The notes under the pieces are model-generated. The model was not told the DNA's origin. It made no database searches and saw only the letters and a program-made list of their open reading frames with translations. Source: Tubiluchus corallicola (Eukaryota; Animalia; Priapulida). From it: a DNA stretch of 64,000 nucleotides. Positions 1 to 14,275 of this stretch are shown here, piece after piece; positions within the stretch are counted from its first letter, which is position 1; each line of letters opens with the position of its first letter. Where the stretch lies: positions 186,001-250,000 of the forward strand of contig JAQGDQ010000166.1 of the NCBI GenBank assembly GCA_030141605.1. Direction: 5' to 3'. The position numbers and the translations under genes were made by a program.

Positions 1-1113
1 GAAATTTCATGTCACTTACGTGCTGTCTTATTTCGTACAGAGCTTGCGTTAGCAGTAACGTTGTATAAAACTTAAATTTAATCTCCCGCGATGACCGTTA
101 GGTGCAGCCATTTTTAATGGTGGGGCGTTTTGGGGTAAATTTAGATAACACTGCGTAAAGTTTGGAAATTAGTCTCACCATTTGTAGCGCCCTCTTCCGT
201 AACTAATAAACTCCACACAAATGTTGGCAATGAAGTTTTTTCTATAGCGATAGTGTAAAATAATTTAAAATATATAATAGTTTGTTTATTATTTATTATA
301 CTGATTGCGTTTTCTAGTATTTCTTAAATTTCGTGTTCTATTATTAATACAGCGGTTTCGAAAAGTACAGTACTACTACGCGTAAACGCTATTGCAAATT
401 TTTGTATATAATGCTCTTTCAGGAAACTTCTGTCGAAAACGTATTTCCGTTTTCCTCATAGAAGTTACTTTTATAACGTCCTCTAAACTACTTATAGAGT
501 ACATAACTATGCACAGATTAAATAGATACTAACAATTATCATCGTAAAATCAAAGTGAACTTTAAACTTTATTTTGTATTATTATTATTATCCAGTATGT
601 ATATCTAACCTTGTAAATAAGTATTTGCATCATGATGTTTTAATCAATTGCTCTTTGCGTTTATTTTATCTCTGACTAGGAACTACAGTGAATATTAACA
701 ATGAATAATTTCTAATAATTATGCAAATTTCATTTAGATACAAAAAAACTTTCAGTTTAATTGTATTAGCATCTCACATTTCAAGAGCAATCAAAATACC
801 AAAGATACTAAAAAAATTCTCGATATCTTCCCTAAACTTTCCTCCTTACCTTGTCTCCGCTGCTCTCCTGATCAGCTGCCTTTCTCCTCTTGAAAGATAA
901 TTGACGTATCATCGCGGAAGAGAAGCTCAGGTAAAAAATTACGAATAGAATCTATTATCCTGCTGCTTAATCCAGTGTCTTTTAGCGAAACTTTCAACAC
1001 CAGTTTAAATCAACGACGTCTATGAACCTGCTGGTGTATTGATACCTACAGTGCCAGTCAGTGGTCCTGAGTTCACTTCCACGCCAAGGATATTTTAGAC
1101 CACAAAAACTAGT

Positions 1114-1360
1114 AATTTATTTGAGCAGTTGTTGTCTGCCGTTTCTGACACACGTTCTTTTCTAGCATGAAGATTTTAAACTCGCACACAAAAACGTACC
1201 AATCTACTTTGAACCACTTAATTTTTTTCTGTAATGCTTTTCAGATCTCAAGAATTTGCAATTTATTCGAGCAGTTGTTGTCTACCGTTTCTGACACACG
1301 TTCTTTTCTAGTATGAAGATTTTAAACTCGCACAGCAAGACTTAATTTACTTTGAACCAG
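1114..1360. repeat. Direct repeat with period about 146 bp
   Basis: aatttatt(t/c)gagcagttgttgtct(g/a)ccgtttctgacacacgttcttttctag at 1114 and 1260. Confidence 0.88.
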
Positions 1361-1924
1361 TAAAATTTGTTTCTGCACTACTTTTTACACTGTAAACACG
1401 CAGCACGTACTCACACTATTTCGTAGACACAACGTACGAGTTGACTAGATACAGACTCACTGAGATACTAAACCGAGCAGCGCTAAACGTCTGTAGCAGT
1501 AACTTAGTGCTGAACTACTTGTGTTACACTAAACTAATAAAAACTGGCTGTGCTCTTGTTATCTGAGCCAAGTCACGTGACATCAGCGAGGCTCTCATCC
1601 CCATGAAGTGATTCTCCTTCGGCAACTTGAAAATTAGCTTGGTCAAGTTTTGCGCCTTGATACTGAAGCCATCTAAACAACGTCACTAAACACTTTCACG
1701 GTGATTCAACAAGCATCTTGTATGGCTTTATGTGAGCACGCAGAGGAATGTGCAACTCGCGTACCGGTTGAAGCAGCAGCAGCAGCTTCCGTCTGCTCGA
1801 GGGTGAGCAGGCGCCGGACGAGCAGATCTGTCAGCCAATGGCGGCTCGTAGCTGAAATTGGGGGGGGGGGCGTAAGTGCTGCTTCAGAAAATTTTAGCCA
1901 TTGTTTCAATACTGTGTAAAGCGT

Positions 1925-2440
1925 AACAGACAAGAAAATTGCCCAAAATCCACAGAAATGCATTGTCTGCATTTAGATGTGGGTTGTTCCCATTATGTAA
2001 AAAGGTGGAAGGTAGGCTAATATCCCAGAAGATCAAAGATTGGTGTCATTTTTGTGATCAGTTAGTGGTCGAGTCTGAAAAACATGTTTTATTCCACTGT
2101 CCCCCCTTTATGATGATATTCGCATTTCGTTATTCCAGTGTCTAGGCGCAAAAATCTATAATTTTAATGAGTTCAACAATAATGATAAATTATGTCAGAT
2201 ACTGTCAAGTGATATTTGTTTAAAAGAATCTGCCAAAATTAGCCACCTAGTGCTGGAAAGAAGAAATTTAATTTAATTATTTAATGATGTGTTTTAATGT
2301 TTGTTTAATGACTGTTTTAATTTATGTGTAAAATGATCGTTTTTAATGATTTTAAGGTGTCTCATAACTGTGTGCATAGAGCGGTTTTTATTTTACTGTA
2401 ACTGTGCGTACTTCTGTGCTTTAAATTATTGTAAATGACT
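1925..2440 (+). mobile_element. Decayed LINE 3' end with CCHC knuckle running into a (CTACA)n tail
   Basis: WCHFCDQLVVESEKHVLFHCP motif, then AT-rich UTR and pentamer microsatellite. Confidence 0.6.
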
Positions 2441-2672
2441 ATACTGTACTATGCTATGCTACCCTATGCTGTGCTGTACTGTACTGTACTGTGCTGTGCT
2501 GTGCTGTGTTGTACTGCTCTGCACTGCACTGCGCTGCACTACACTACACTACACTACACTACACTACACTACACTACACTACACTACACTACACTACACT
2601 ACACTACACACTACACTACACTACACTACACTACACTACACTACACTACACTACACTGTACTGTACTATACT
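2440..2672. repeat. (CTACA)n / (CTGTG)n microsatellite
   Basis: Direct reading. Confidence 0.95.
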
Positions 2673-4321
2673 ATTTAATTTTAATGTTGTAGTTATATTT
2701 GCAGATCGGGTGTTGAACAGCCTCTTATTAACTGCAACTTTCTCATGGAGAGACAACTGTGAAAAATTAAGCTGTTGTAGTTCACTTACTGTCACAGAAC
2801 TTATTTCTTGGGGATGCAAGGCGTCCATTATTAAATAATTTGTGTTTTAAGCACACACGCTAAGTTTACATTGCATCACATCCAAGAATATGACGGTATA
2901 CGGTAAGCACGTGACAAATGTTACTGTGTAGGAGACAAAACTTTTCTACCTAGCAGCAGGCGCTAGCGTACAGCGTGTTATCTCAGACATATGCGCATGG
3001 CCGCATGCACACAACAGCCAAACACCACGTTGCTTGTGCTGTCAAGCAAATTGTACTTCCCTCACGTATTCTGGTTCCGCATAAGTATGAAAAAGAACTA
3101 AAGAAAAAAGACTTATTATATTGAATATTATCGATAATAATGAGTGAAAACAGGGGGTGCAGCAGTACTACAGTACATATATGTGGATCCGCTCGAGTAA
3201 AATGTCGAAAAGAAAAATCAAACTCCTGCACTACCTGGTGAGATAAACCTAAAATTAATTTATTCAGTATAACGATGTGAGTCAACAACACAGAGAAGCA
3301 AATAATAAAAAATAATTAAGATATTAACTGTTGATAATTACAGCAGGTAAGTAAAAATATGCCGTATTTGTAATCGATTTCTGATCTATAGCAAAAATAG
3401 CAGATTGTTGTATTAAGATAAAGATAATTTTGCCTAAATTAATTAACAATACTTACAATTTGATAATTAAAATGGCATTCTGGATAACAAAACAGTATTT
3501 AATGAATTCATCAGAACTACGGCAGTAAGAAAAAGCTTTAATCCACGTATACGTGTAAGTATGAACAGGTAAAACAGATCATGAAAGTCACGTGACTATA
3601 CCTAAAGTTGACTTCTAATGTCTGATTGGCTGTAATACATAACAAAGTTAAAAAAGGTTGAAACTAAAAAAAGATTTCCGAAACGTTAGCTAGGTGCCGC
3701 TAACACCCACACGAGCCGCCCCCGCTGTCAGCAATCCGGATTGAAGATTAGCGCCATGGAAACTCTCTTATACGCACAGCTGCATGGTGAATGAAACCAC
3801 TACTGGTGGGGTGCTAATAACTGAAGCAAAACAAGCGTCTTCAGCTGCTTATGACTTCAAACGTTGCCTATACCATCTCCTGCTGAGCAGACTGATAAAG
3901 CTGCTTGGCTTTTATAACATTATCACTGCTTGATAACAACCAGAATATTGCCCGCGCTTATTGCGTGTACTTTTAACGACACATATAAGCAACATTGAGC
4001 CCGGTAAGTGAATAGGTGAGTGGCTATAGGTCAATCCTCCTTTTGGGTAGCTATATTCAATTTGTTTTTTTTTAATTTTTGTGTTGTTTGTAAAATATGT
4101 ATTGTACTGCGAGTACGTAATAAATGTTGGGAATAATTCTAAAGTCGTCCAATTCTGTGTCGCCACGTGCAATATTCCGGTATATACTTCCGATTGTAAT
4201 TTTCACAACACTGTATAAGATGCATTTTGTAATCACTTTTTATTAATGCATCACTTTTGCCTTCAACTCAGGCGTTTTATGTAAATATGTAATTTGAAGA
4301 GTTTTCTAAAGTAGAGAAGTT

Positions 4322-4722
4322 TCATCATCGTCATCATCATCGTCGTCGTCATCAATAACTTCATCGTTGCAATCATCATTATCATTATCGTCGTCGTCAT
4401 CATCATCATGATCAGCAGCAGCAGCGGTACCATCATCATCAGTAGCAGCAGCAGCAGCATCATCGTCATCATCATCAGCAGCAGCAGCAGTAGCAGCAGC
4501 AACATCATCATTATCATCGTCGTCGTCATCATCATCGTGTCATCATCATCAATCAGCAGTAGCAGCATGATCATCGTCGTCATCATCATCATCAGCAGCA
4601 GCAGCATCATCATCGTCATCATCATCAATCAGCAGCAGCAGCATGATCGTAGTCGTCATCATCATCAGCAGCAGCATCGTCGTCATCATCATCATCAGCA
4701 ACAGCATCACCATCATCATCAT
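4322..4722. repeat. Compound (CAT)/(CAG)/(CGT) trinucleotide repeat
   Basis: Direct reading. Confidence 0.95.
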
Positions 4723-5309
4723 CTGTTAATATGAATAGTGAGCTACTAGTAACAGGTAAAAGATTTTGACGAATCGGTTTTGGTAAGTTTAAAATGTTTT
4801 AAATAAAACAGAAAATCACGTTTGTGCGAGTCACCGAATGGCAAAATCCTAGTGATTTCCTCCGTCGCCAGATGGCAGCAGCAGCCTACGTCTTGTTCAT
4901 GCCCGCAACACTGGAAACGGTATATTAAATAATAACACTAGAAACTCAGTAAGTCTGCTACAGTATCTCAGAATAATAAAAAAACGAAACAAGTGGGAAA
5001 AATTCTTGTAGTGTGAATACAATATACCTTAAAACTTAAATTAGATAACCTCAGAATGAGTTTAATTTGCACGTTCACTGTTGTACCTGTGAATACGTTA
5101 ATATCTTAATTTCTATATTAACCAAAAATTATAATGTAAGATTTTAAATAAATCTATGTTTGTGCGACAGTAATTAAATCTCAGTAAGTATTTCTTATTT
5201 AGTTGTTATCTGTGGGGGGGGGGGGTTAATTAATGTTGCACAGTTTACACTTCATTTAATGTTAGATGGAAAAATCTTTATACTTGATATGAGAAATAAA
5301 TTTTTTCTC

Positions 5310-5938
5310 GTCTCATGTCATGTCATCTCACCTCATCTCACCTTATCTCACCTTATCTCACCTCATCTCACCTTATCCCCCCTTATCTCACCACATCTCA
5401 TCTCACATCACCTCACCTCATCTCACCTCTCACCTCACCTCATCTCATCTCAAGTCACCTCGCCTCATCCATCCCGTCTCAACTCACCTCATCTCACCTC
5501 TCACCTTACCTTACCTCATCTCATCTCAGCTCACCTCGCCTCATCCATCCCGTCTCAACTCACCTCATCTCACCTCTCACCTTACCTCACCTCACCTCAT
5601 CTCATCTCACCTCATCTCGCATGGCTTCACCTCATTTCACGTCTCACCTCACCTAGCCACATCTCATCCCGTCTTACTTCACCTCATCCCGTCTTACTTC
5701 ACCTCATCTCACATCATCTCATCTCAGCTCACCTCACCTCACCTAGCCACATCTCATCCCGTCTTACTTCACCTCATCTCATCTCACATCATCTCATCTC
5801 ACATCATCTCATCTCAGCTCACCTCACCTCACCTAGCCACATCTCATCTTATCTCATCTCATTTCATATGATCTTTTTTCCTAAAAATATCAAATTTATT
5901 CTAAAGAATGTGCACAGTAATTATATTGAGTATACGCT

Positions 5939-6015
<77 letters not shown>

Positions 6016-6132
6016 AGGAAGGCAAGAGAGAGTGAGAGAAGGACAGAGAGAGAGACAGAGAAAGAGAGAGAGAGAGACAGAGAAAGAAAGAGAGAGAGAC
6101 AGAGAGAGATAGAGAGAGAGAGCGAGAGAGAG
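5310..6132. repeat. (CTCAC/CTCAT)n degenerate pentamer array followed by (AG)n
   Basis: Pentamers 5310-5866; AG tract 5943-6132. Confidence 0.95.
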
Positions 6133-6478
6133 ACTGTAGAGAATAAACGTTCATTTAGCTGCAATTCAGCTCTTTGCACTGACACAAGATAAAGAAATCC
6201 TCGTGTCTTCTTGAAGATGATGAAGATTCTTTCTTTCAAGGACGTTTCTTGATCTCTTCACTCGGTCCGTTACCTGGTGCCTGGAAGCGAGCATCGGTCA
6301 CAGTTTTGCCTCTATAACAGGTATGCGAAAACTTACCTGTCAACATTCTTACACGTTGGAAAACTGCGCAGAAGTTTTGACGATTTTCATAATGGGGCAA
6401 CTCAGGCGTAGCAGCACAGAAATAACAAATAATTGAAATCCAATAGGAGATGTACGAGATTGGTTAAAATGTGTTTAA

Positions 6479-7097
6479 AAGCAGACGGGATGATTTTTCA
6501 TGTTCTACCCCATTTTAAAGCCCGATGAAAAGTATACATTTTAACACCAATAATACAGCAAAATCGTTTCTGATAATTAAATAATAGATTAAAAACTTCA
6601 TTAACGGCGGACGAGCCCAACTATTGATGACATCACAAACTAACATAATTTTCAACGGCAAAAATATTCCACGAGCATGTTGCACGCGCTTGAGAAAGCG
6701 AAATTTGAAGTACAGTGCTACTGTAAGATATTCAGTGTGTTGTACTAAAGCTGGGCAAGTATTAAGATAAAAATACAATTTTCAAATTTACCGCTTTGAC
6801 ACGCATGACCTTCCGAAAGAATGCAGTAGATCAGAAACGAACACATCTGAACTGAGAGGTACAGCACCTGTTTTTGTGCAATGCGTGTTCCGAAATGCAG
6901 GCGCTAGTGCCCGTCTAACTAGCGAATGGTGAAATGCACGTAACAGCGAAGAACTGGTAGCGTGAACGTGAAATTGTGTTTGTGTGACAATAATTCTTTC
7001 ATGCAAGTCATGAAAAAATAGTATGTTTCCTTTCAACGTTTTTAAGAGTAGATTGTTTTGACTTACAGTTTAAGATTGGGCACCGGGTATTCCTTTG
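6479..7097 (-). mobile_element. Kolobok-like family A copy
   Basis: Reverse complement of 22636-23237 (e.g. acatctgaactgagaggtacagcacctg). Confidence 0.75.
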
Positions 7098-7456
7098 AAT
7101 ACAGACAACTTTGCCAGTGTTTTAATGAGTGACAAACCTTTACTAACTTAACAAAGCTTGAGAAGTTATGCAACTATATTACTTAGTTCTTACCTAATTA
7201 AGTAAAAAGGCATTAAGAAACGAAGAAAAACGAGAAAAGCTAAACATTGATTATTGACGAAAAACAAGTGAACATTCCGGCTGTCAGCAACATGTTTGGA
7301 AGATGAAACAAGCACAGAATAGTTTATTGCATTAAAACACAGAAAGCAAAGCGGCAGGGTGGAGGCTAGAACTTCCAAGTAACTGTTAATTGTGGCAATT
7401 AAAAGAAATTTTGACAAGTTCAGATGTCGCCAATTAGCAGGCCGCAGAAGGGAGAG

Positions 7457-7457
7457 C

Positions 7458-7489
<32 letters not shown>

Positions 7490-7633
7490 TTTTTGTCTTT
7501 CTAAAGCTCTCTCCCTCTCTCTCTCCCTCTTTCTTTTTTCTCTTTCTCTTTCTCTTTCTCTTTTCCTCTTCTCTCTCTCCCTCTTTTTCTCTCCTCTCTT
7601 TCACTTTCTCTCTCGCTGTCTCCCTCTCTCTCT

Positions 7634-7681
<48 letters not shown>

Positions 7682-7932
7682 CCTTCCCCCTCACTCTCTC
7701 CCCCCTCTGTCTCTTTGTCTCACTCTCATTCTCTCTCTTTCTCTCTCTCTCTTTCTCTTTTCCTCTTCTCTCTCTCGCTCTTTTTCTCTCTCCTCTCTTT
7801 CACTCTCTCTCCTTCCTTCTCTCTCTCTCCCCATCAATCTCTGTCTCTCTCTCTTTCTCTCCTCCCTCCCTCCCCCTCTCTCTCTCTCTCTCCATCAATC
7901 TCTGTCTCTCTCTCTCTTTCCGTCCTCCCTCT
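7457..7932. repeat. (CT)n-rich polypyrimidine tract
   Basis: Direct reading. Confidence 0.95.
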
Positions 7933-8837
7933 AGTAAAAAATTTCAAGACTATCAAAAACACACGACCTTGACACCACTGACCGCTATCTCCAAGCTTCA
8001 CGAGACACCGAACCTTTGACAACTCGTGTATTTGTTCACAAACTGCGTTGCCTAACTAATAATCTGCATGTCAAATAGATTTGCATTCTAGCTGTTCAAA
8101 AAAACTGGGATAGTTGAATTACCGATGACTCCCTCACAGGACAGTCAAGAATGTCTTTAAGCATAAATAACGTTAGAGCAACGACCGCAAGCCTAGCAAG
8201 GACACCAACTTCTGAAAGTTTTTAACCCTCAAAAACCGGATGTGACATGACACTGCCCAAGAGGAGCCCTCACATGAGCTCCCCTCTTTCATGCGAGGAG
8301 AAACGTGTTTACTTCTATCACTTCCGAACCAAAAAACGAAGATATAAAAGCTAAAACGACGCCATGAGGAAAGATGCCAAGCTCAATACAACGACTGATA
8401 CTAGCTAGACGGGACAACGATGCTGTCACAACCGTTAGTTTTGGGTTAACCTAAACTAACCTACCTTGAAGCTGCTAGTGGCCCCATAAACCCTCATTAT
8501 GGACGAAGAATTTTTTAACGCTGATAGTTTATAGATTATCTAGTGATGTGATGACTACAGATCAGCTTGAATGACTTCATCACTTGCTGTAAGTTTGTTA
8601 TGATGATGGAAGAGAAAAAATGACAAAACTTCGATCAAAATCATTGATATTTTAGTGCATTGAAATCTATTATTAGTAATAACCGTTCTTTTTGCTAAGC
8701 GTTGCAAAGCAAAGAAAAGCAATATTAGTTAACAAAAAATAAAACAAAATAACGCACGCAAAAGAATGGAAAAGTAGAACAAAACAAAGACAACGTAACG
8801 CATGAAAAAGAAAATAAAGCAAAAACAAACTACATCT

Positions 8838-8949
8838 ATTATTATTATTATTACTACTACTACTGCTACTACTACTACTACTGCTACTACTACTGCTACT
8901 ACTGCTACTACTGCTACTACTGCAGCTGCTGCTGCTGCTGCTGCTGCGG

Positions 8950-9043
<94 letters not shown>

Positions 9044-9067
9044 CACTACTACCACTATTACTACTAC
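8838..9067. repeat. (TAC)n/(TGC)n repeat
   Basis: Direct reading. Confidence 0.95.
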
Positions 9068-10303
9068 AGTAAAGAACTGATCATCATCTTTTCAATATAA
9101 TCACTACAACATTTCTGTTACTTCATTTCCCCTCGATTTACTTTGTTTTTTCTTCATTTTGCTTTTCTTCCCTTACACTGTTTTGTTTTGCGTTACTTTT
9201 CCACGTTTTTGCTTTGCGTTATTCCATTTTGTTTTTTATTTTGCTATATATTGCTTTTCTTTGCTTTGGACTACTTAGAAAAAAACAGGCTGTTATTACT
9301 AATACTACCACTAATAATTATTACTAATAATAGTTTTTGATTGCATTAAAATATTACATATTTTTACTAATTCCATTACCACATTTTGTTACGCCTAGTT
9401 GGTACTAATAAACCGTCAGTCAAACGAAAGGATTTCGACAGTCGATTCTTAACAGGAAATCTACGTGAATACAATAGATACCTGTCATTAATTTCTTGTT
9501 GTGGGGTAATTTTACGGTTGCTCTATAGATGCGCCGAGAGAAACAGTCATCTTCTTTGTATCTTCCTGACGCTCTCTCAAATCTTAAACAGTTATAATCC
9601 AACGAGTTTTTGAATACCAGTTCTAGAGATAATACCCTCGGAAAATCACTACAAAAACCGATTGATGTGCTCAAAAAGACGCTTTTGAAAACGTCCGCCA
9701 AATTACCGTCGCTTCCAAAATTTGAAAACGACTCTTACAAATAACTGTCGCTTTTTCTTCGGACGCTCCAACATGGACTAGCCCCACGTACATCAGACAC
9801 TGGAATTCAAAACCGTTAAGTAATATCCCCCCTTTTTCTTTATGCGCATCCTATCTTAACAGCGTCTCAGCAGTTGTTATACTGAGACAGTAACAGGTGC
9901 ATTGGACTCGTACAATGAGCATTACTAATGCAATTTACATTTTCCTCAAATCGTGTCAGAATTTCTTAGATGGTTCTCTTTGATTGTTGCAAACGATCAC
10001 TTTTCAATAGGCAGTAAAAGTTAACCGACAACAAAGAAGATGAGATACCTGTAGGCTACAACTGCAGCGTCTGCTAAGAAAAACAGAAGACTATAGGACA
10101 AAGTTTCTGTTTGAACAAACAGGATGGGTTGTGGGGGGGGGGGCATTTTGAAACTTTCTCTCTCCTTTCGTTAACGATATTTGTGTTTATTAATCTAAAG
10201 CTTTCAATTGCAGTTAATTTCTTATTAGCAATGAAATTTTGAACACGGTTTTCCTTTCTTCTGCTAACGGTTAGTTTAGGCCTAGAGTTTTCAGATCATT
10301 TTG

Positions 10304-10477
10304 TCATCGGCATCATTACCACCATCATCACCACTATCATCATCATCATCATCATCATCACCATCGTTATCATCATCAACAGCAGCAGCATCGGCATCAT
10401 CATCATCATCATCATCATCACCATCATTATCATCGTCAGTAGCAGCAGCAACGGCATCATCATCATTCATCATCACC

Positions 10478-10547
<70 letters not shown>

Positions 10548-10701
10548 TCATCACCATCATTATCATCATCATCACACGTGAAATATCAGTTGACTTCTAA
10601 TTAATACCTGCTAACTTGAAGTAAAACTATAATTTATTACTACAATTATTATTATTATCATCAACATCATTATTATTATTGTTGTTGTTGTTATTATTGT
10701 T

Positions 10702-10744
<43 letters not shown>

Positions 10745-10748
10745 TTAC

Positions 10749-10818
<70 letters not shown>

Positions 10819-10834
10819 GTTATTGTTATTGTTA

Positions 10835-10924
<90 letters not shown>
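10304..10924. repeat. (CAT)n/(AAT)n then (TAT)n/(CAT)n compound microsatellites
   Basis: Direct reading. Confidence 0.95.
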
Positions 10925-10925
<1 letters not shown>

Positions 10926-11313
10926 TTATTTTATCTCGGACATTTACAGTAATGTAAGCTACACTGATGTATCTCACTATTTATCTACACTGACTTACAA
11001 CCCCCCTCCCTGTATTTTTGTCGTCTACCCTGGCCTAGAGCTCGCCAGACATGAACATATTTACTGATTCGGATGAATTGAAAAGGAGGGGGTCAGCTCC
11101 GTGCCTTGACGGAATCACAAGAGCAGCTATGCAGCTTAACAGTGTCAGCAAGAGCTATTGTCTCTGGATTTGTGTAAGAAAACAGCAGAAAAGGGGGCAC
11201 AAGAATGGCAACGGTCGGTTGCTCTAGGACCGTAGAGTCCAATAACTGTAAATTTGTATTACTGAAAGAAGTAGTTTTTATTAAAACCTTTAAAACGTAA
11301 AATATTAAAAACG

Positions 11314-11359
11314 TGACAAACGTTTCGACTGCATACCGTAGCAGTCGTCTTCAGTGTAA
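11314..11359 (-). ncRNA. Minimal hammerhead ribozyme motif, Penelope pLTR type (copy 1)
   Basis: Minus strand: aca CUGAAGA c GACUGC-uacgguau-GCAGUC GAAA CG UU ugu. Core boxes, 6-bp stem II and palindromic mini stem III present. Confidence 0.75.
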
Positions 11360-11892
11360 CAGAGTCTGCTTTCCTGAAGTTCAAAAACTGTTTTGTTGAT
11401 GTTAAGAGAAGACATTTTGTAATACGTTGTAAACAGTTTTATTGCAATAGTCTCTGGTTTAATCACGATAAAAGAAAATATTGAAAGAACGCGACTTACT
11501 TATAATAATGCCATTAGAGGGCTCTTTAATCTTCTTAGTCGCTGTAGTGCAAAGTAAATATATGTTAGCTGCAATGGACCAAGTTTTACCTACATACGTA
11601 AGAAAGCTGCGTTTAGTCTCAGAAGTGACTGTTTTCGAGTCAGAATACTGTTATTGATAACTTGCTGTACAATACTAATGCAAATTTTTAATCGAACATT
11701 TTTAAGCCGTGGCAAAGAATATTATTTACCCATTTTAACTAACCCGTTCTTGTCCATAAGCTTACTAGGTTTCTGTAAACTAACTCCTGTGTTTTTACTT
11801 GTGTCTTATTCTATTCTTGTTCTATGGACTGTAAATGTGTGAAATAAAATTAAACAAACACACGAAATACTAGGTGCTTTTTATAGACTCTC

Positions 11893-11938
11893 TTACACTG
11901 AAGACGATTGCCAGGCTGTGCAGTCGAAACGTCTGTCA
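11893..11938 (+). ncRNA. Minimal hammerhead ribozyme motif, Penelope pLTR type (copy 2)
   Basis: aca CUGAAGA c GAUUGC-caggcugu-GCAGUC GAAA CG UC ugu; GUC cleavage triplet. Confidence 0.78.
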
Positions 11939-12033
11939 TGATTTTACGTCTTAGATTTTTAACAAAAACTTTTTTTCAAGAATACTGTTGAATAACTGTA
12001 TAATTTGACTTAAATTAGTATAATTTAGTATTA

Positions 12034-13167
12034 GGATACGCCCTGATAATGAATTTCCAGGACAGGTACAACACTGGATACGCCCTGATAATGAATTTCC
12101 AGGACAGGTACAACAGTGGATACGCCCTGATAATGATTTCCAGGACAGGTACAACAGTGGATACGCCCTGATAATGAATTTCCAGGACAGGTACAACAGT
12201 GGATACGCCCTGATAATGAAGTTCCAGGACAGGTACAACAGTAGATACGCCCTGATAATGAATTTCCAGGACAGGTACAAAAATAGATACGCCCCGATAA
12301 TGAAATTTCAGGACAGGTACAATAGTGGATACCCCCTAATAATGAAATTCCAGGACAGGTACAATAGTGGATACGCCCTGAAAATAAATTTCCAGGACAG
12401 GTACAACAGTGAATACGCCCTAAAAATCTATTTCCAGGACAGGTACAACAGTAGATACGCGATAATGAATTTCCAGGACAGGTACAACAGTGGATACGCC
12501 TTGATAGTGAAGTTCCAGGACAGATACAATAGTGGATACGCCCTGATAATGAAGTTCCAGGACAGGTACAATGGTGGTTACGCCCTGATAATGAAGTTCC
12601 AGGACAGGTACAACAGTGGATATGCCTTGAAAATAAATTTCCAGGACAGGTACAACAGTGAATACGCCCTAAAAATGAAATTCCAGGACAGGTAGTGGAT
12701 ACGCCCTGATAATGAAATTTCAGGACAGGTACAATAGTGGATACGCCCTGATAATGAAATTCCAGGACAGGTACAATAGTGAATACGCCCTGAAAATAAA
12801 TTTCAGGGGTAGGTACAACAGTGAATACGCACTAAATATCAATTTCCAGGACAGGTACAACAGTGGATACGCGATAATGAATGTCCAGGACAGATACAAC
12901 AGTGGATACGCCTTGATAGTGAAGTTCCAGGACAGATACAACAGTGGATACGCCCTGAAAATCAATTTCCAGGAGAGGTACAACAGTGGATACGCCTTGA
13001 TAGTGAAGTTCCAGGACAGGTACAACGGTGGATACGCCTTGATAATGAAGTTCCAGGACATGTGCAACAGTAGATACGCCCTGATAATATAGTTCCAGGA
13101 CATGTACAACAGTGGATACGCCTTGATAATAAAGTTCCAGGATAGGTACAACAGTGGATACGCCCTG
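12034..13167. repeat. 42-bp minisatellite, about 27 copies
   Basis: Unit ggatacgccctgataatgaatttccaggacaggtacaacagt; reads as 14-aa MNFQDRYNSGYALI repeats in the ORF track but has frameshifting variants. Confidence 0.97.
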
Positions 13168-13754
13168 GCGTCCTTAACCTGCCAGATCGGCCAGATTTCA
13201 GATAAGAACCGGGTTCATCTCATCAAAAACTATGTACTTTTCTAAACGTTCCAATGAAAGATTTTTGAGTCCTTACCGAAGAAGCGTTGCGGGTGTGTGT
13301 GTTTGTTGCCGTGGATAAAGGGGGTGCTGGTGCGTGCAAGAGGCAACTGACCGCCAGCCGGGCATTATCGCTACAATTTAAACAGTTCAAATTTCTTAAA
13401 ATGTATGCATTGAAATTCACATTTGAAAACCAGTTCAGTAGCGGGAGTGAGACGTTGATGGAATTTTCAACAAAGAAGATAAACTCAGTTCCATCAGGCA
13501 TCTACTTGGCTTTTCTTAATGGTACCCATCACTTAGGTCCATTTCACAATGAAGCGCAAGCAAAAATGGCGCGCGGAATTGCCGTCAGAAAATTTTCTGA
13601 AACTTCTGATTTTTTTTCTCGAAATCCCATGCGGCATTTCACAATGAAACCGCGCGGTTTTTTCTGCGTGTCCAGGTAGCTGCAGCTAGCGAGTTTTATA
13701 CTGTATAATCGTGTCTAAATTAAGTTATACTTGCCGTATTTCTCATATGGCTAG

Positions 13755-14275
<521 letters not shown>

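Noticed and set aside
2435-10977. Poly-amino-acid ORFs (HYTTL, SHL, RE, poly-T/I/L/N)
   Set aside because: Translations of microsatellites.
12174-13151. ORFs of 109-173 aa made of FQDRYNSGYALI or YLSWNFII repeats
   Set aside because: Produced by a 42-bp minisatellite with frameshifting units and stops; no gene context.
13287-13679. 130-aa + strand ORF
   Set aside because: No recognisable domain; its 3' part overlaps a repeat-like catttcacaatg motif and it has no convincing splice context.
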